Positions 1 through 10,025 of a DNA stretch of 46,065 nt are shown here, in pieces; positions within the stretch are counted from its first letter, which is position 1; the number at the start of each line of letters is the position of its first letter. The notes under the pieces are model-generated. The model was not told the origin of the DNA and ran no database searches. It was given only the letters and a program-made list of their open reading frames with translations. The translations under genes were made by a program, and so were the position numbers. Source of the stretch: Planctomycetota bacterium (GTDB lineage: Bacteria; Planctomycetota; Planctomycetia; Pirellulales; Lacipirellulaceae); contig JAADGD010000283.1 in NCBI GenBank assembly GCA_013152515.1, positions 1 through 46,065 of the forward strand, written 5' to 3'.

Positions 1-2
1 CC

Positions 3-2120
3 CCCGTTGCGAATGACGATCCTACGCCACAAAGCGATCCGTTGGCCGTCGGTGAAGACGCTGGGGAGACTGCCCTAGGCGACCTATTGGCGAACGACTT
101 TGATGCGGATGGCGATTCGTTCACTGTGAATTCTGTTTCAGCGGGCGGGTCGACCTTCGCTGTCGGCGTGGCATTTACGCATCCGACCAGCGGAGCGGTG
201 ATTTTGGTCGCTGCGAATGGTCAGGTTAATTACAACCCGAACGGACAGTTTGAATCGCTAGGCGTGGGCGAAACTGCCACTGACACGTTCGAATACACGA
301 TCATCGATCAGCATGGTAACGAAAGCGGACAAGCGACCGTGACGGTGACGATCAACGGCGCAAACGATGCGCCGACGGCAACAACCGTCGTCCCCGAATT
401 TCGCATCAGCGAGGCAGCCGGCGCAACAGTACTTGATTTGGCGACGCTGCTGACTGCCGTCGAGGATGTGGATGCGAACGACCTACTTACCGTTGCCTCG
501 GCACCTAGCAACCCAGCGGCGGGTGGGGTTTTTGCTTTGAACAGTGGTGATTTGAGTTTTGACCCGAACAGTGAATTTGATGTTGCCAATGGTGCAGAAG
601 AGATGGTCGATTTCATGGTGACGATCGAAGATATTGCGGGAGAGCAGATCACGATCCCCGCTCGTATTATCATTGAAGGGGTCAATGACGCTCCCGTGGC
701 GGCAGATGACCCAAATTTCAGTGGCGACGAGGATACTTTTCTCTCCCAGCCGGCACGTAATCTCGGTGTCCTGGAAAACGACTCGGATGATGGCGGAAAT
801 GCTGCTTTAGTTGTCGGTGAGGTCAACGGTGATCCGAGCAATGTGGCCAGCACGGTTCTGCTGGACGATGGCAATGGCCGGGTAGCTGATTTGTTGGTTA
901 GCCCCAACGGCACCTTCAATTTTGATCCCCGTGGCGACTTCGATTCCCTCGCAGCAGGGAGTTCGAGTCAGGTAACCTTCACCTATCGAGCGAAGGATAC
1001 TGGAACAGAAAACAGTCTGAGCAACGAAGCGACGGTGACCATCACGATCAACGGTATCAACGATGCCCCCGTCGCTAACAATGTCGCCGTTGCTGCGGTT
1101 GAAGATGGTCCCTCGATCGATGAAAACTTTGACGGGTCAGACGTCGACGAAGGTGAAACGGCGACGTTGACCTACGCAATCGTTTCGCAACCGACAGAAG
1201 GCTCGATCGTCAACAACGACGATGGTACTTTTACGTTTGACCCTGCGGACGATTTTCAAGATTTGGCCGAAGGAATGACTCGTGACGTGACGTTCAACTA
1301 TTCAGCGACTGACGCCCAAACAGCCATCAGCGACGAAGCGATGATTACGGTTACTGTCACCGGCATCAACGATGCCCCCTTGATCGACCTCAACAACACC
1401 GATGGCTTAGCCAGCACATTGCCAACCGGCGATTTGCAATCTGCCAATGTGATTGCCGTCGAGCTTGATTTGTCGTCTGCGGATCTGAATGTCAGTCGCC
1501 TAAATTCGATCGACATCCCTTCGTTTGCTTCCGATGCGGACGGTGAGAACATTGGCTTTTCGCTTGCGGACAGTGATAACGGTGGCACTCCATTCCGTGA
1601 TGCGAATCGCCCGATTTTGAATGCCTCGAACCAACTCGTCTGGATTCCCACGGCAGCAGATGTTGGGAGTGATTACATTATCCGCGTCCTGGCCCAAGAC
1701 CAACCAACCCAGGGCGGGGCTTTGTCGGCTTCCTTTGATCTCGTCGTTTCGGTGATCGCCGGCAATCCGCAGGTCGATTCGGTAACGGATATTGATGTCT
1801 CGTTGGATGCCAGTGAAGTGACGATTCTTTTCAATGAAGCGATGGGGGCGTCCGCTTTTGTCGCGGGCAATTATTCGCTCGTGGCTGCTGATGGCACTCT
1901 GATCAATACGGTGGTTCCGGTTCTTACCACAACGGCGGTAACTGGCAATGCCGGAGTGGTGTTACAGCTGAATGACACGCTTATTGACACTATCGCAGGA
2001 CCGCTTGCTGGAGGTACCAAACTGACGCTAACGTTGGACTCGAGCATCGTCGACCTTGATGGAAATACGCTGGAAGCACTGGTATTTGAGATCAATTTGT
2101 TCGATAGTCAGGCAAGCTAA
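3..2120 (+). CDS. C-terminal part of giant Ig-like/cadherin-like (VCBS/Big_9-type) repeat surface protein; 5' truncated by window edge
   Basis: Frame is open from base 3 (PVANDDP...). Four T-x-T-I-x-G-x-N-D-A-P repeat boundaries, acidic Ca-binding-like DxDxD motifs, and C-terminal Ig-like modules (LVWIPTAADVG...; VTILFNEAM...IVDLDGN). Confidence 0.85.
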   Translation, partial: PVANDDPTPQSDPLAVGEDAGETALGDLLANDFDADGDSFTVNSVSAGGSTFAVGVAFTHPTSGAVILVAANGQVNYNPNGQFESLGVGETATDTFEYTIIDQHGNESGQATVTVTINGANDAPTATTVVPEFRISEAAGATVLDLATLLTAVEDVDANDLLTVASAPSNPAAGGVFALNSGDLSFDPNSEFDVANGAEEMVDFMVTIEDIAGEQITIPARIIIEGVNDAPVAADDPNFSGDEDTFLSQPARNLGVLENDSDDGGNAALVVGEVNGDPSNVASTVLLDDGNGRVADLLVSPNGTFNFDPRGDFDSLAAGSSSQVTFTYRAKDTGTENSLSNEATVTITINGINDAPVANNVAVAAVEDGPSIDENFDGSDVDEGETATLTYAIVSQPTEGSIVNNDDGTFTFDPADDFQDLAEGMTRDVTFNYSATDAQTAISDEAMITVTVTGINDAPLIDLNNTDGLASTLPTGDLQSANVIAVELDLSSADLNVSRLNSIDIPSFASDADGENIGFSLADSDNGGTPFRDANRPILNASNQLVWIPTAADVGSDYIIRVLAQDQPTQGGALSASFDLVVSVIAGNPQVDSVTDIDVSLDASEVTILFNEAMGASAFVAGNYSLVAADGTLINTVVPVLTTTAVTGNAGVVLQLNDTLIDTIAGPLAGGTKLTLTLDSSIVDLDGNTLEALVFEINLFDSQAS

Positions 2121-2143
2121 CTGAATTGCTAGCAGAATTGGCG

Positions 2144-2307
2144 CAGGAGGACTGCAAAGTCACTTTTCTCCCCTGCCTACCTAAAAGACTCTAACCACAA
2201 CGACACGACGGCCACAACGCACGCGTTGACAGATAGCTGGCACGTCGTGTTCGTCGTGGTTCATTTTTCAATCCTTGGCTAGAAATTAGGACTTGGCAGT
2301 CCTCCTG
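2144..2307. mobile_element. 164-bp MITE with 18-bp terminal inverted repeats and 10-bp target site duplication
   Basis: TIR CAGGAGGACTGCAAAGTC (2144-2161) vs GACTTGGCAGTCCTCCTG (2290-2307), 17/18 complementary. Exact direct repeat AGAATTGGCG at 2134-2143 and 2308-2317. No ORF. Confidence 0.85.
2193..2261. repeat. CACGACG-type periodic palindrome inside the MITE
   Basis: AACCACAACGACACGACG ... CGTCGTGTTCGTCGTGGTT. The left arm closely matches the left arm at 36022. Confidence 0.75.
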
Positions 2308-2348
2308 AGAATTGGCGTTAAGCAGATTCGTCCAGTAGGGCAATTTGT

Positions 2349-2376
2349 TAAACTTTGCCGGTTAGGCCGCCGATAA
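2349..2376 (+). promoter_or_regulatory. Putative sigma28 (FliA)-type promoter
   Basis: TAAA-N16-GCCGATAA, about 110 bp upstream of the OM barrel gene; the consensus is TAAA-N15-GCCGATAA. Confidence 0.45.
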
Positions 2377-2485
2377 CGACAGAGACTACAGTGGCAATGC
2401 GCCGCTGCTCTGTCAGCAGGGGGGCGCACTTGCTAGCGTCGTTGTTGAGAAGCCAAATTCTGACAACGACCGAAGGTGTGCCAAA

Positions 2486-4048
2486 GTGGGCCGTTTTTTA
2501 GCTGCTACAAAGTTACCAACTACGCACCATTGGACGGAACGTCGTCGTCGTGGGCTGATCGCCCTACGTTTTTTGTCCAGGGGTGCGATATCCTTGGGTT
2601 TTATTTGCGTCTGCTTGTTGCTTGCGACACCTGCTCGAGCGCAGAATTCGCGGTTTGGATCGCGTGCAGGTTCCAATTTTTCTGCTACGCCGAGTCCCTA
2701 CGGAAAAATAAGCAAGCGACCGTATCGTCGTCGGCAGAAGCCTGTTCGTCAGCCTTTCGCGATGTCTGATTCCCAGTCGTCTGACTCAAAACTTGATTTT
2801 CGTTTCGATGCCGACGACATCACGCAGGCTTCGCTAGGTGAATCTCACGAGCTGCTCAACAATGGCTCTGGCCAACACTACGTCGATCACCATGTCAAAA
2901 CGGGCAACATCGATCAGGACTGGTACGACAATCTGGACGGGATCGATCAAAGCGAAGTCGATCAGGCGAGTTTCGAGCAAGTCGTTTCCTGCGACTGCGG
3001 AGACGATTATTGTAATGGCGGTTGCGTAGAGCCTAGCTGTGGTTATGACGAAGAGTGCGAGCCCGGCTGCGGCTGCGACGATTATGCAGAGCCTAGTTGC
3101 GGCCTGTTCGAGGGCGACTGTACTACGTACGATTCTTATGGCAGCGTCTACGGTTCCTTGAAAGGCCGCCGCGCGGCAACTTGGAGTGTTGGCTTTGAAT
3201 GGAGTTTCGTGAAGCCACGTTTCTCGGAAAACACTGCCTTCACAACGATGACAGGCGACGGAGCAAACAACAGCACATTCACCGACACCGAGTTTGACTA
3301 CGATCTCAAGCTAACTCCCAGGGTTTGGATCGAAGCCGCTAGGAGTGATAACTGGACTTGGCGGCTCGGTTACTGGCAATTCGATCATGCGCCCGGCACG
3401 GCGAGTGCCTCGCCCAACGCGAATGGGTTTGGTGAAATCACTCATCCATCGTTTGGCGACGTCGATATTTCCACGACCATTCCGACCGATACTTTTACTG
3501 TATCGAGTCGCTTGAACGCTTACACGATCGACTTGGAAGCTTTGAAGCAGGCTCGTCTTAGCGGCTGGCAGTTGGGAGTGGGTGGCGGCGTGCGCTATGC
3601 GTCGGTCGAACAGAATTACCTTGCCCAATTACGAAATACAGGAAATGTCCTTCGTGGGCAAATCGATTTTTCCCAACAGCTAGAAGGTTTTGGACCAACG
3701 CTATTTCTTTCGGCGCGGCGTCCACTCACTCAGAGCATAAAACTTGTTTGCTCGGCGCGCGGCTCGTTGCTCTTCGGCGACGGAACATCGCGCATGGTTG
3801 CCGGCGAAGATCTCGATTTGGCCAATCCGTTCACCACGACGCGGCTGACCAATCGTGACGATCTGTTACCCATTGGTGAGGCACGATTAGGTTTAGAATG
3901 GCTCACCCCTAGGAAGCGCCGAGGTTGGCAGTGGATGTTGTCGACGGCGATGGAAGGCCAATTCTGGGGCAATGCGGGCAACGCCGCCAGCGAGACGGCC
4001 GATTTGGGTTTCTTCGGGTTTAATGTTGGGGCGGGATTCTTACGTTAA
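2486..4048 (+). CDS. Outer-membrane beta-barrel protein (Lpg1974/BBP7-like planctomycete porin) with Cys-rich linker
   Basis: Signal peptide ending TPARA-Q, Cys-rich EP(S/G)CG repeats, amphipathic beta strands, C-terminal beta-signal-like GFFGFNVGAGFLR. Start codon uncertain. Confidence 0.7.
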   Translation: MGRFLAATKLPTTHHWTERRRRGLIALRFLSRGAISLGFICVCLLLATPARAQNSRFGSRAGSNFSATPSPYGKISKRPYRRRQKPVRQPFAMSDSQSSDSKLDFRFDADDITQASLGESHELLNNGSGQHYVDHHVKTGNIDQDWYDNLDGIDQSEVDQASFEQVVSCDCGDDYCNGGCVEPSCGYDEECEPGCGCDDYAEPSCGLFEGDCTTYDSYGSVYGSLKGRRAATWSVGFEWSFVKPRFSENTAFTTMTGDGANNSTFTDTEFDYDLKLTPRVWIEAARSDNWTWRLGYWQFDHAPGTASASPNANGFGEITHPSFGDVDISTTIPTDTFTVSSRLNAYTIDLEALKQARLSGWQLGVGGGVRYASVEQNYLAQLRNTGNVLRGQIDFSQQLEGFGPTLFLSARRPLTQSIKLVCSARGSLLFGDGTSRMVAGEDLDLANPFTTTRLTNRDDLLPIGEARLGLEWLTPRKRRGWQWMLSTAMEGQFWGNAGNAASETADLGFFGFNVGAGFLR

Positions 4049-4377
4049 GAGCCTATCCCAAAACTAAATTCACCTAGAAAACAAGTAAATAAATTACCAC
4101 GGCGTCACGGAGAGCCCAGCGCGGCCGCAAGGGCGCAACCCAAAAAAAATGACAGGATTTACAAGATCGACAGGATCAATTCCGTACGACGTTATCCTGT
4201 TGATCCTGTAAATCCCGTCAAAAAACTTGCGCTTTCTACGCAAACTTTTTTCATTAGTAACACAGAGAAGAATGTCTGGAAGTACCGGATATTCCCTACT
4301 TTTCAAACCGAGGGTATTTCTCAGTGTCCTGCGTGACTCCGTGGTTTTTATCTAGCTGGAAGTTCTGGGATAGGTTC
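4049..4377. mobile_element. IS5-like MITE copy 1 (TAA duplication) with nested insertion
   Basis: TIRs GAGCCTATCCCAAAACT / AGTTCTGGGATAGGTTC. TAA at 4046-4048 (the stop codon of the upstream gene) and at 4378-4380. Body is homologous, in inverted orientation, to 15311-15694. Confidence 0.85.
4118..4260. mobile_element. TIR-less 143-bp insertion within MITE copy 1, containing an ACAGGAT 9-mer palindrome (4150-4220)
   Basis: Begins AGCGCGGCC..GCAACCCAAAAAA and ends TTAGTAA. Absent at the equivalent site of copy 2. Inner hairpin arms are 24/27 complementary. Confidence 0.75.
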
Positions 4378-4406
4378 TAAGTCGCTGCTCTTCGTAATGT
4401 TCTGTA

Positions 4407-5138
4407 TCAGAGCAACTGATTACCCCTCAAACGCCGTAGCGTCAATCGCGTCAGCGTCTTCGCTGCCCCCAGCATCTCGCCGAGGTTGATTTTTGATTGC
4501 CCGGCGCGTCGTTCAGAAAAAACGATTGGTACTTCAGCGAAGTTGGCTTCCAGCTGCTGAAGGTGCCAGAGGATTTCTTCGAGGTACGCGTAGCCTGAGG
4601 CATGCAGGTTTTCCCATTGCAGTTGGGCGAGCAGTTCAGTTCGATAGAGGCGGTAGTTGCCGCTGCAGTCGGAGAGGGGTAGACCAATCATCGTGCGTGC
4701 TAGCATATTGATAGTGCGGCTGGCAATTTTTCGCCGCAAGGGCCAGCCTTCGATACCGCCACCGGGGCAATAGCGAGAGCCAATCACGACGTCGGCCGAC
4801 GCTGCTGCTGCAACAAGTGCTGGCAAGCTTGATGGTGGGTGACTCCAATCGGCATCGAGTGTGATGACCTGCGTGTATTTTTTCTCGACAGCGAATTGCA
4901 GTGCGGCAGCCAAAGCGGTGCCTAGTCCGAGCTTACCGGCGCGCGGAAGATGAAAAAACCAGGTGTGTTGCTGCGTAAACTCGGCGCACCAAGTGCCGGT
5001 ACCGTCGGGCGAATTGTCGTCGACGACTAACACATGAGCCTCGGGCAATTCGGCATGAATTGCGTCGACGAGAGTCGGTAAGTTTTCAATCTCGTTGAAA
5101 GTGGCCAGGGCAACAAGGGTAGACGCTGGCTCGGCCAT
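4407..5138 (-). CDS. Polyprenol monophosphomannose synthase (GT2, DPM1-like)
   Basis: TFNEIENL, VVDDNSPDGTG, LDADWSH, VIGSRY motifs. ATG at 5138 preferred over TTG at 5153. Confidence 0.88.
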   Translation of the reverse strand: MAEPASTLVALATFNEIENLPTLVDAIHAELPEAHVLVVDDNSPDGTGTWCAEFTQQHTWFFHLPRAGKLGLGTALAAALQFAVEKKYTQVITLDADWSHPPSSLPALVAAAASADVVIGSRYCPGGGIEGWPLRRKIASRTINMLARTMIGLPLSDCSGNYRLYRTELLAQLQWENLHASGYAYLEEILWHLQQLEANFAEVPIVFSERRAGQSKINLGEMLGAAKTLTRLTLRRLRGNQLL

Positions 5139-5165
5139 AGAAAAATGTCTCAAGTAATGCGGGAA

Positions 5166-5267
5166 AATAGAACGCGGAGGGACGCGGATTAAGCGGATTT
5201 GCGCGGATAAAAATACCTTCGCATAATCGGTGTCAATCCGTTAAATCCGCGCAATCCGCGTACTATT
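5166..5267. repeat. CGCGGAT 9-mer periodic palindrome
   Basis: AATAGAACGCGGA-GGGACGCGGATT-AAGCGGATT-TGCGCGGAT ... ATCCGTTAAATCCGCGCAATCCGCGTACTATT. Confidence 0.75.
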
Positions 5268-5289
5268 CTTTCGTTTCTTCCCCCAGAAA

Positions 5290-6816
5290 TCAACCGAAGC
5301 AAGGCTCGATGTCGCCCGATTCGAGGCTGCTGAAAAGTTGACGGAATTTTTGTCCTTCGACGAGGGTCGTCTGGGGCTGCTCGCTTTCTTCGATAATCAA
5401 TACCTCGCCAAGCTCCTCGCTAATGAAGGCCGTGGTAGAAGGTTCTTCGGTGTCACGGGTTGCACCGAGCTGCGAATCTGCAATCGGAGCTTCGTCAGCT
5501 TCTAGTTGCTGCAACTGTCCTGCGAAGGAGCAGTCGGTGCCATTGGTGACTCTCGGTGCCTCGGCTAATAACAGGCTTTCGAATGTTGAATAGCGATCAA
5601 GAACAATTTCTTCGGAGTCGAAGGTTTCGCTAAACGGATTTCGGGAAGCTCCCTCAACAATTGGCGCGGAATCATTTTCGACGGGAGCTTCGGATTTTGC
5701 GACCTCCATGACATGCAACTGTTCCAAGAGTTGCTCAGTCACATCGATCGTTTCGATGCCACTCAGTTCGACGGCAGGAGTTTCTTCAACGGCCTTCTCG
5801 TCGTATTGCTGGGACGCATGAATGGGAATCGAGGCAGGTAGATCATCGTCGAAATCGACCATATAATCGTCTCTGGCATCGTCGTCGTAGCTGTCATCCT
5901 CGAAAACGATTTCTTCTTGGTCACCTTCGTCTGCTGGCAAGTCTCCGAATTCGACAGCACCGCCTAAAGGCTCTTTGGATTGAGTATTCCAGGGGGCTGG
6001 GAGTTGTTGCAACTCGGACCAAGCTTGCTGCACGATCTGGCCATCCAGCGGGGAGTAGCCCGTTTGGTCTACCATCCATAGCAACTGATCGCCCAACTGA
6101 TTCACCAAACGAGGCACACCATCGGTCGCAGCAAAGATCGCCTCCAGCCCGTCGTCGGTGAAAAGCGACTCTGGGTCAGCGCCGCTCGCAGCGACTTGGG
6201 CGCGAACATAATGAAAAGTTTCTTCGCGTCCAAACGCTGACAAATAACAACGGGCCGAGACGCGTTGGCTAAACAGTTCGAGCTTGGGATCGGCAAACTG
6301 TTCTTCGAGTGCCGAATTGCCAGCCAGCACCATGTTGACCTGGAGCTCTCCTCCACTAGACAAATTGGTCATCGCTCGCAGTTCCTCGAGTAGGCGTGGA
6401 GGCAGCGAGTCTGCTTCGTCGACGAGTAGCAGGATGCGGCGTCCGGCGGCATTCTGCGGTTGCAAAAAGTTCAAGAGGGACAGCCGTAGTTCACTTTCGT
6501 CTCTATCTCGGTACGGCAACTCGAGCTGGAACAAGATCATTTGCAGCAGCGCTCGACGCGTACAAAGTTGCCCACTTGCCAAAGTCACAGGACGGAGCTG
6601 CTCTCGAAATTGCTGTGCGACGACTTCCAGCAACAGGGTCTTGCCAAGCCCAGCAGCACCAATCACCAGTACGGGGCCTTCGCCGCGTTGGATGCTACGA
6701 ACAATTCGCTGTCGTGCTTCTTCTATCGCAGTGGCCGGAAAATAGCGGTTGGGATCTGTGGCCGCTGCAAATGGGCGGGGAGTCGAGGAAGAGTTAGGCG
6801 ATTGGGGGGCAGGCAT
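5290..6816 (-). CDS. ExeA/GspA-family AAA ATPase with acidic low-complexity C-terminus
   Basis: Walker A GAAGLGKT, Walker B LLLVDEAD, ExeA-type GVPRLVNQL motif. ATG at 6816 preceded by GAAGGA. Confidence 0.8.
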   Translation of the reverse strand: MPAPQSPNSSSTPRPFAAATDPNRYFPATAIEEARQRIVRSIQRGEGPVLVIGAAGLGKTLLLEVVAQQFREQLRPVTLASGQLCTRRALLQMILFQLELPYRDRDESELRLSLLNFLQPQNAAGRRILLLVDEADSLPPRLLEELRAMTNLSSGGELQVNMVLAGNSALEEQFADPKLELFSQRVSARCYLSAFGREETFHYVRAQVAASGADPESLFTDDGLEAIFAATDGVPRLVNQLGDQLLWMVDQTGYSPLDGQIVQQAWSELQQLPAPWNTQSKEPLGGAVEFGDLPADEGDQEEIVFEDDSYDDDARDDYMVDFDDDLPASIPIHASQQYDEKAVEETPAVELSGIETIDVTEQLLEQLHVMEVAKSEAPVENDSAPIVEGASRNPFSETFDSEEIVLDRYSTFESLLLAEAPRVTNGTDCSFAGQLQQLEADEAPIADSQLGATRDTEEPSTTAFISEELGEVLIIEESEQPQTTLVEGQKFRQLFSSLESGDIEPCFG

Positions 6817-7065
6817 CGGGCGGTTCCTTCGGCGCAAGTTGCACGGGCAACGGTGGTGCCATTTCCTGGTAGGACCTTCGGCACACACAAGTCCCACGGT
6901 TTGGACTGTATTGTTCCCATCGGCAATGACAGCACGTTGGCTACAGGCTCGCTTCAAAATCGGCGCTTGGTTGACGGCTGCGGTTGGAAGGAAACAATAA
7001 TAGGTATGACCGTTCGTTGGTTGGATATAGCAATCCTCTTACAACGACATCGAGGGAAATGTAGG

Positions 7066-7144
7066 AGCCGCCGATGAACGCAGATAAACGCAGATGTGAA
7101 ACCCGAGTTCAAATATCGGTGTTTATCTGTGTTCATCGGCGGCT
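7066..7144. repeat. CGCAGAT 9-mer periodic palindrome
   Basis: Arms 7066-7095 and 7115-7144, 27/30 complementary. Confidence 0.85.
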
Positions 7145-7236
7145 ATTTTTTTCCCTCGCGTGAACGGTTACATTTATGGTGATGTCAGCAATTTTCTCGG
7201 CAGTCGCCCATTCACTATTCATTTGTCCACTTCCGG

Positions 7237-7911
7237 TTGCCTGCCGTGTTCCGAATCAAAATCTGCGGTGTCACCACTGTCGACGACGCTTGTGCCGCCG
7301 TGCAGTTGGGTGCCGAGATGATCGGGCTGAATTTTTATGCGAAAAGCCCTCGCTACGTTTCGCCAGAGCAAGCGCAGGTCATCGCCGCCGAGATTCCTCA
7401 AACGACCGGCGTGTTTGTAAATGCTTCTGCTGAGGAAATCAACGGAATTGCCAAAAGTGTCGGCCTCGATTGGGTCCAGCTTCACGGCGACGAGCCTCCG
7501 GAATTGTTAGCAGACCTCCGTAGCGACTTGCCGATCATTCGCGTTCGTTGTCTCGACGAGCGCGGTGTCGGGGCGATCGCCGATGATCTCGAAGCTTGTC
7601 GAACGCGAGGACGCGAACCTGCCGCGTATCTCGTCGATGCGACCGTCCCCGGACAATACGGTGGCACGGGTAAAACGGCCGATTGGGCCGCTCTGAAAAA
7701 CTATCGAGATTGGCTGGGGGAGATTCCGCTGATCCTCGCAGGCGGGCTCATTGCAGAGAACGTCGCCGAGGCGATTGCAGTTGTTCGACCTGATGCGGTG
7801 GATACTGCTAGCGGGGTGGAAAGCGAGCCAGGGGTGAAGGACGCTGGAAAGATGCAAACATTCTGCGAGGCGTCAGCGGCGGCTTTTGGGAAAGAGGACG
7901 TCTTGCCATAG
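7237..7911 (+). CDS. trpF: Phosphoribosylanthranilate isomerase
   Basis: RIKICG, SPRYV, GVFVN, VQLHGDE, GGTGKT, LAGGL, VDTASGVE motifs. True start may be GTG 7246. Confidence 0.93.
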   Translation: MPAVFRIKICGVTTVDDACAAVQLGAEMIGLNFYAKSPRYVSPEQAQVIAAEIPQTTGVFVNASAEEINGIAKSVGLDWVQLHGDEPPELLADLRSDLPIIRVRCLDERGVGAIADDLEACRTRGREPAAYLVDATVPGQYGGTGKTADWAALKNYRDWLGEIPLILAGGLIAENVAEAIAVVRPDAVDTASGVESEPGVKDAGKMQTFCEASAAAFGKEDVLP

Positions 7912-7932
7912 CGGACAGCTAGTGGTTAGAAT
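7903..7932 (+). promoter_or_regulatory. Putative sigma70 promoter for ahcY
   Basis: TTGCCA-N18-TAGAAT. Confidence 0.45.
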
Positions 7933-8063
7933 GACGGAAGTCTTCGACAGCGCAAGCCTGCGCCCTGCGAGCTGTCCGCGGTCCGGCCCCCTGTTTACTG
8001 TCTTCTCGGGCCCACCGCGTCAAACCCATTTCCCTGGTATTTTTTTCTTAGGAGTTCACAGCC

Positions 8064-9422
<1,359 letters not shown>

Positions 9423-9452
9423 CGAATTCGCTCCTAGCAGAACAGTAAAGCC

Positions 9453-9833
9453 ATGAGTATCTTCAGGGTCAACGTCGTTGCGGCGAATGTCAAAGACGAT
9501 CAATTGACAACTGCACCCATTGAGGTGCTTGTTGACACGGGTTCGGAGTTGACATGGCTACCGAAGGAAGCGTTGGATCTTGCTTCGATCAAATCGGTCC
9601 GAAAACGATCGTTTCAGACAGCGACAGGTCACACTATCGAGAGACCTGTTGGGTATGCGATCCTCCGCGCTGAAGGCTTTGAAACCATCGACGAAGTCGT
9701 GCTTGCTGAACCTGGCGATCTCTCCTTGCTTGGGGTACGGACGCTAGAGGGCTTTGGCGTGATGGTCGACAACCTTGCTCATCGGTTTGTGGCGACCGCA
9801 ACCATTGTTGCAATAGCTAGGCTTGTGAAATGA
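9453..9833 (+). CDS. Clan AA (retropepsin-like) aspartic protease
   Basis: VLVDTGSELT catalytic motif and LLGVRTLE psi-loop motif; 126 aa. Confidence 0.8.
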   Translation: MSIFRVNVVAANVKDDQLTTAPIEVLVDTGSELTWLPKEALDLASIKSVRKRSFQTATGHTIERPVGYAILRAEGFETIDEVVLAEPGDLSLLGVRTLEGFGVMVDNLAHRFVATATIVAIARLVK

Positions 9834-9898
9834 AAAGACCGTAGGGCAAGATCTCCACAACCTCTGAGCCAAACTCGAAGGAAACGAGAAAATCCTAG

Positions 9899-9925
9899 CC
9901 GCCGGTGGAAGCCGGCGGTTTTTTT
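9899..9925 (+). terminator. Intrinsic terminator-like hairpin (also the left arm of REP-like pair 9896-9985)
   Basis: CCGCCGG-TGGAAG-CCGGCGG followed by T7. An inverted partner AACCCCTGGCTTCCGCTGCGGGCTA lies at 9961-9985. Confidence 0.6.
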
Positions 9926-9990
9926 ATGCGCTGAAATGCAGTAGACTCGTGGGCTTGGTGAACCCCTGGCTTCCGCTGCGGGCTATGAAT

Positions 9991-10020
9991 ATCCGTAATC
10001 CGAAATCTGAATTTCGCAAT
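9991..10020. repeat. 7-mer tandem repeat (ATCCGMA-like) just upstream of the start codon
   Basis: ATCCGTA ATCCGAA ATCTGAA TTTCGCA AT; same family as 12446-12475. Confidence 0.6.
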
Positions 10021-10025
10021 CCATC

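Noticed and set aside
4094-4306. ORFs 4094-4306(-) and 15442-15669(+) sharing the peptide KSREYxVLPDILL
   Set aside because: The similarity is simply the shared MITE DNA; no RBS or transposase motifs.
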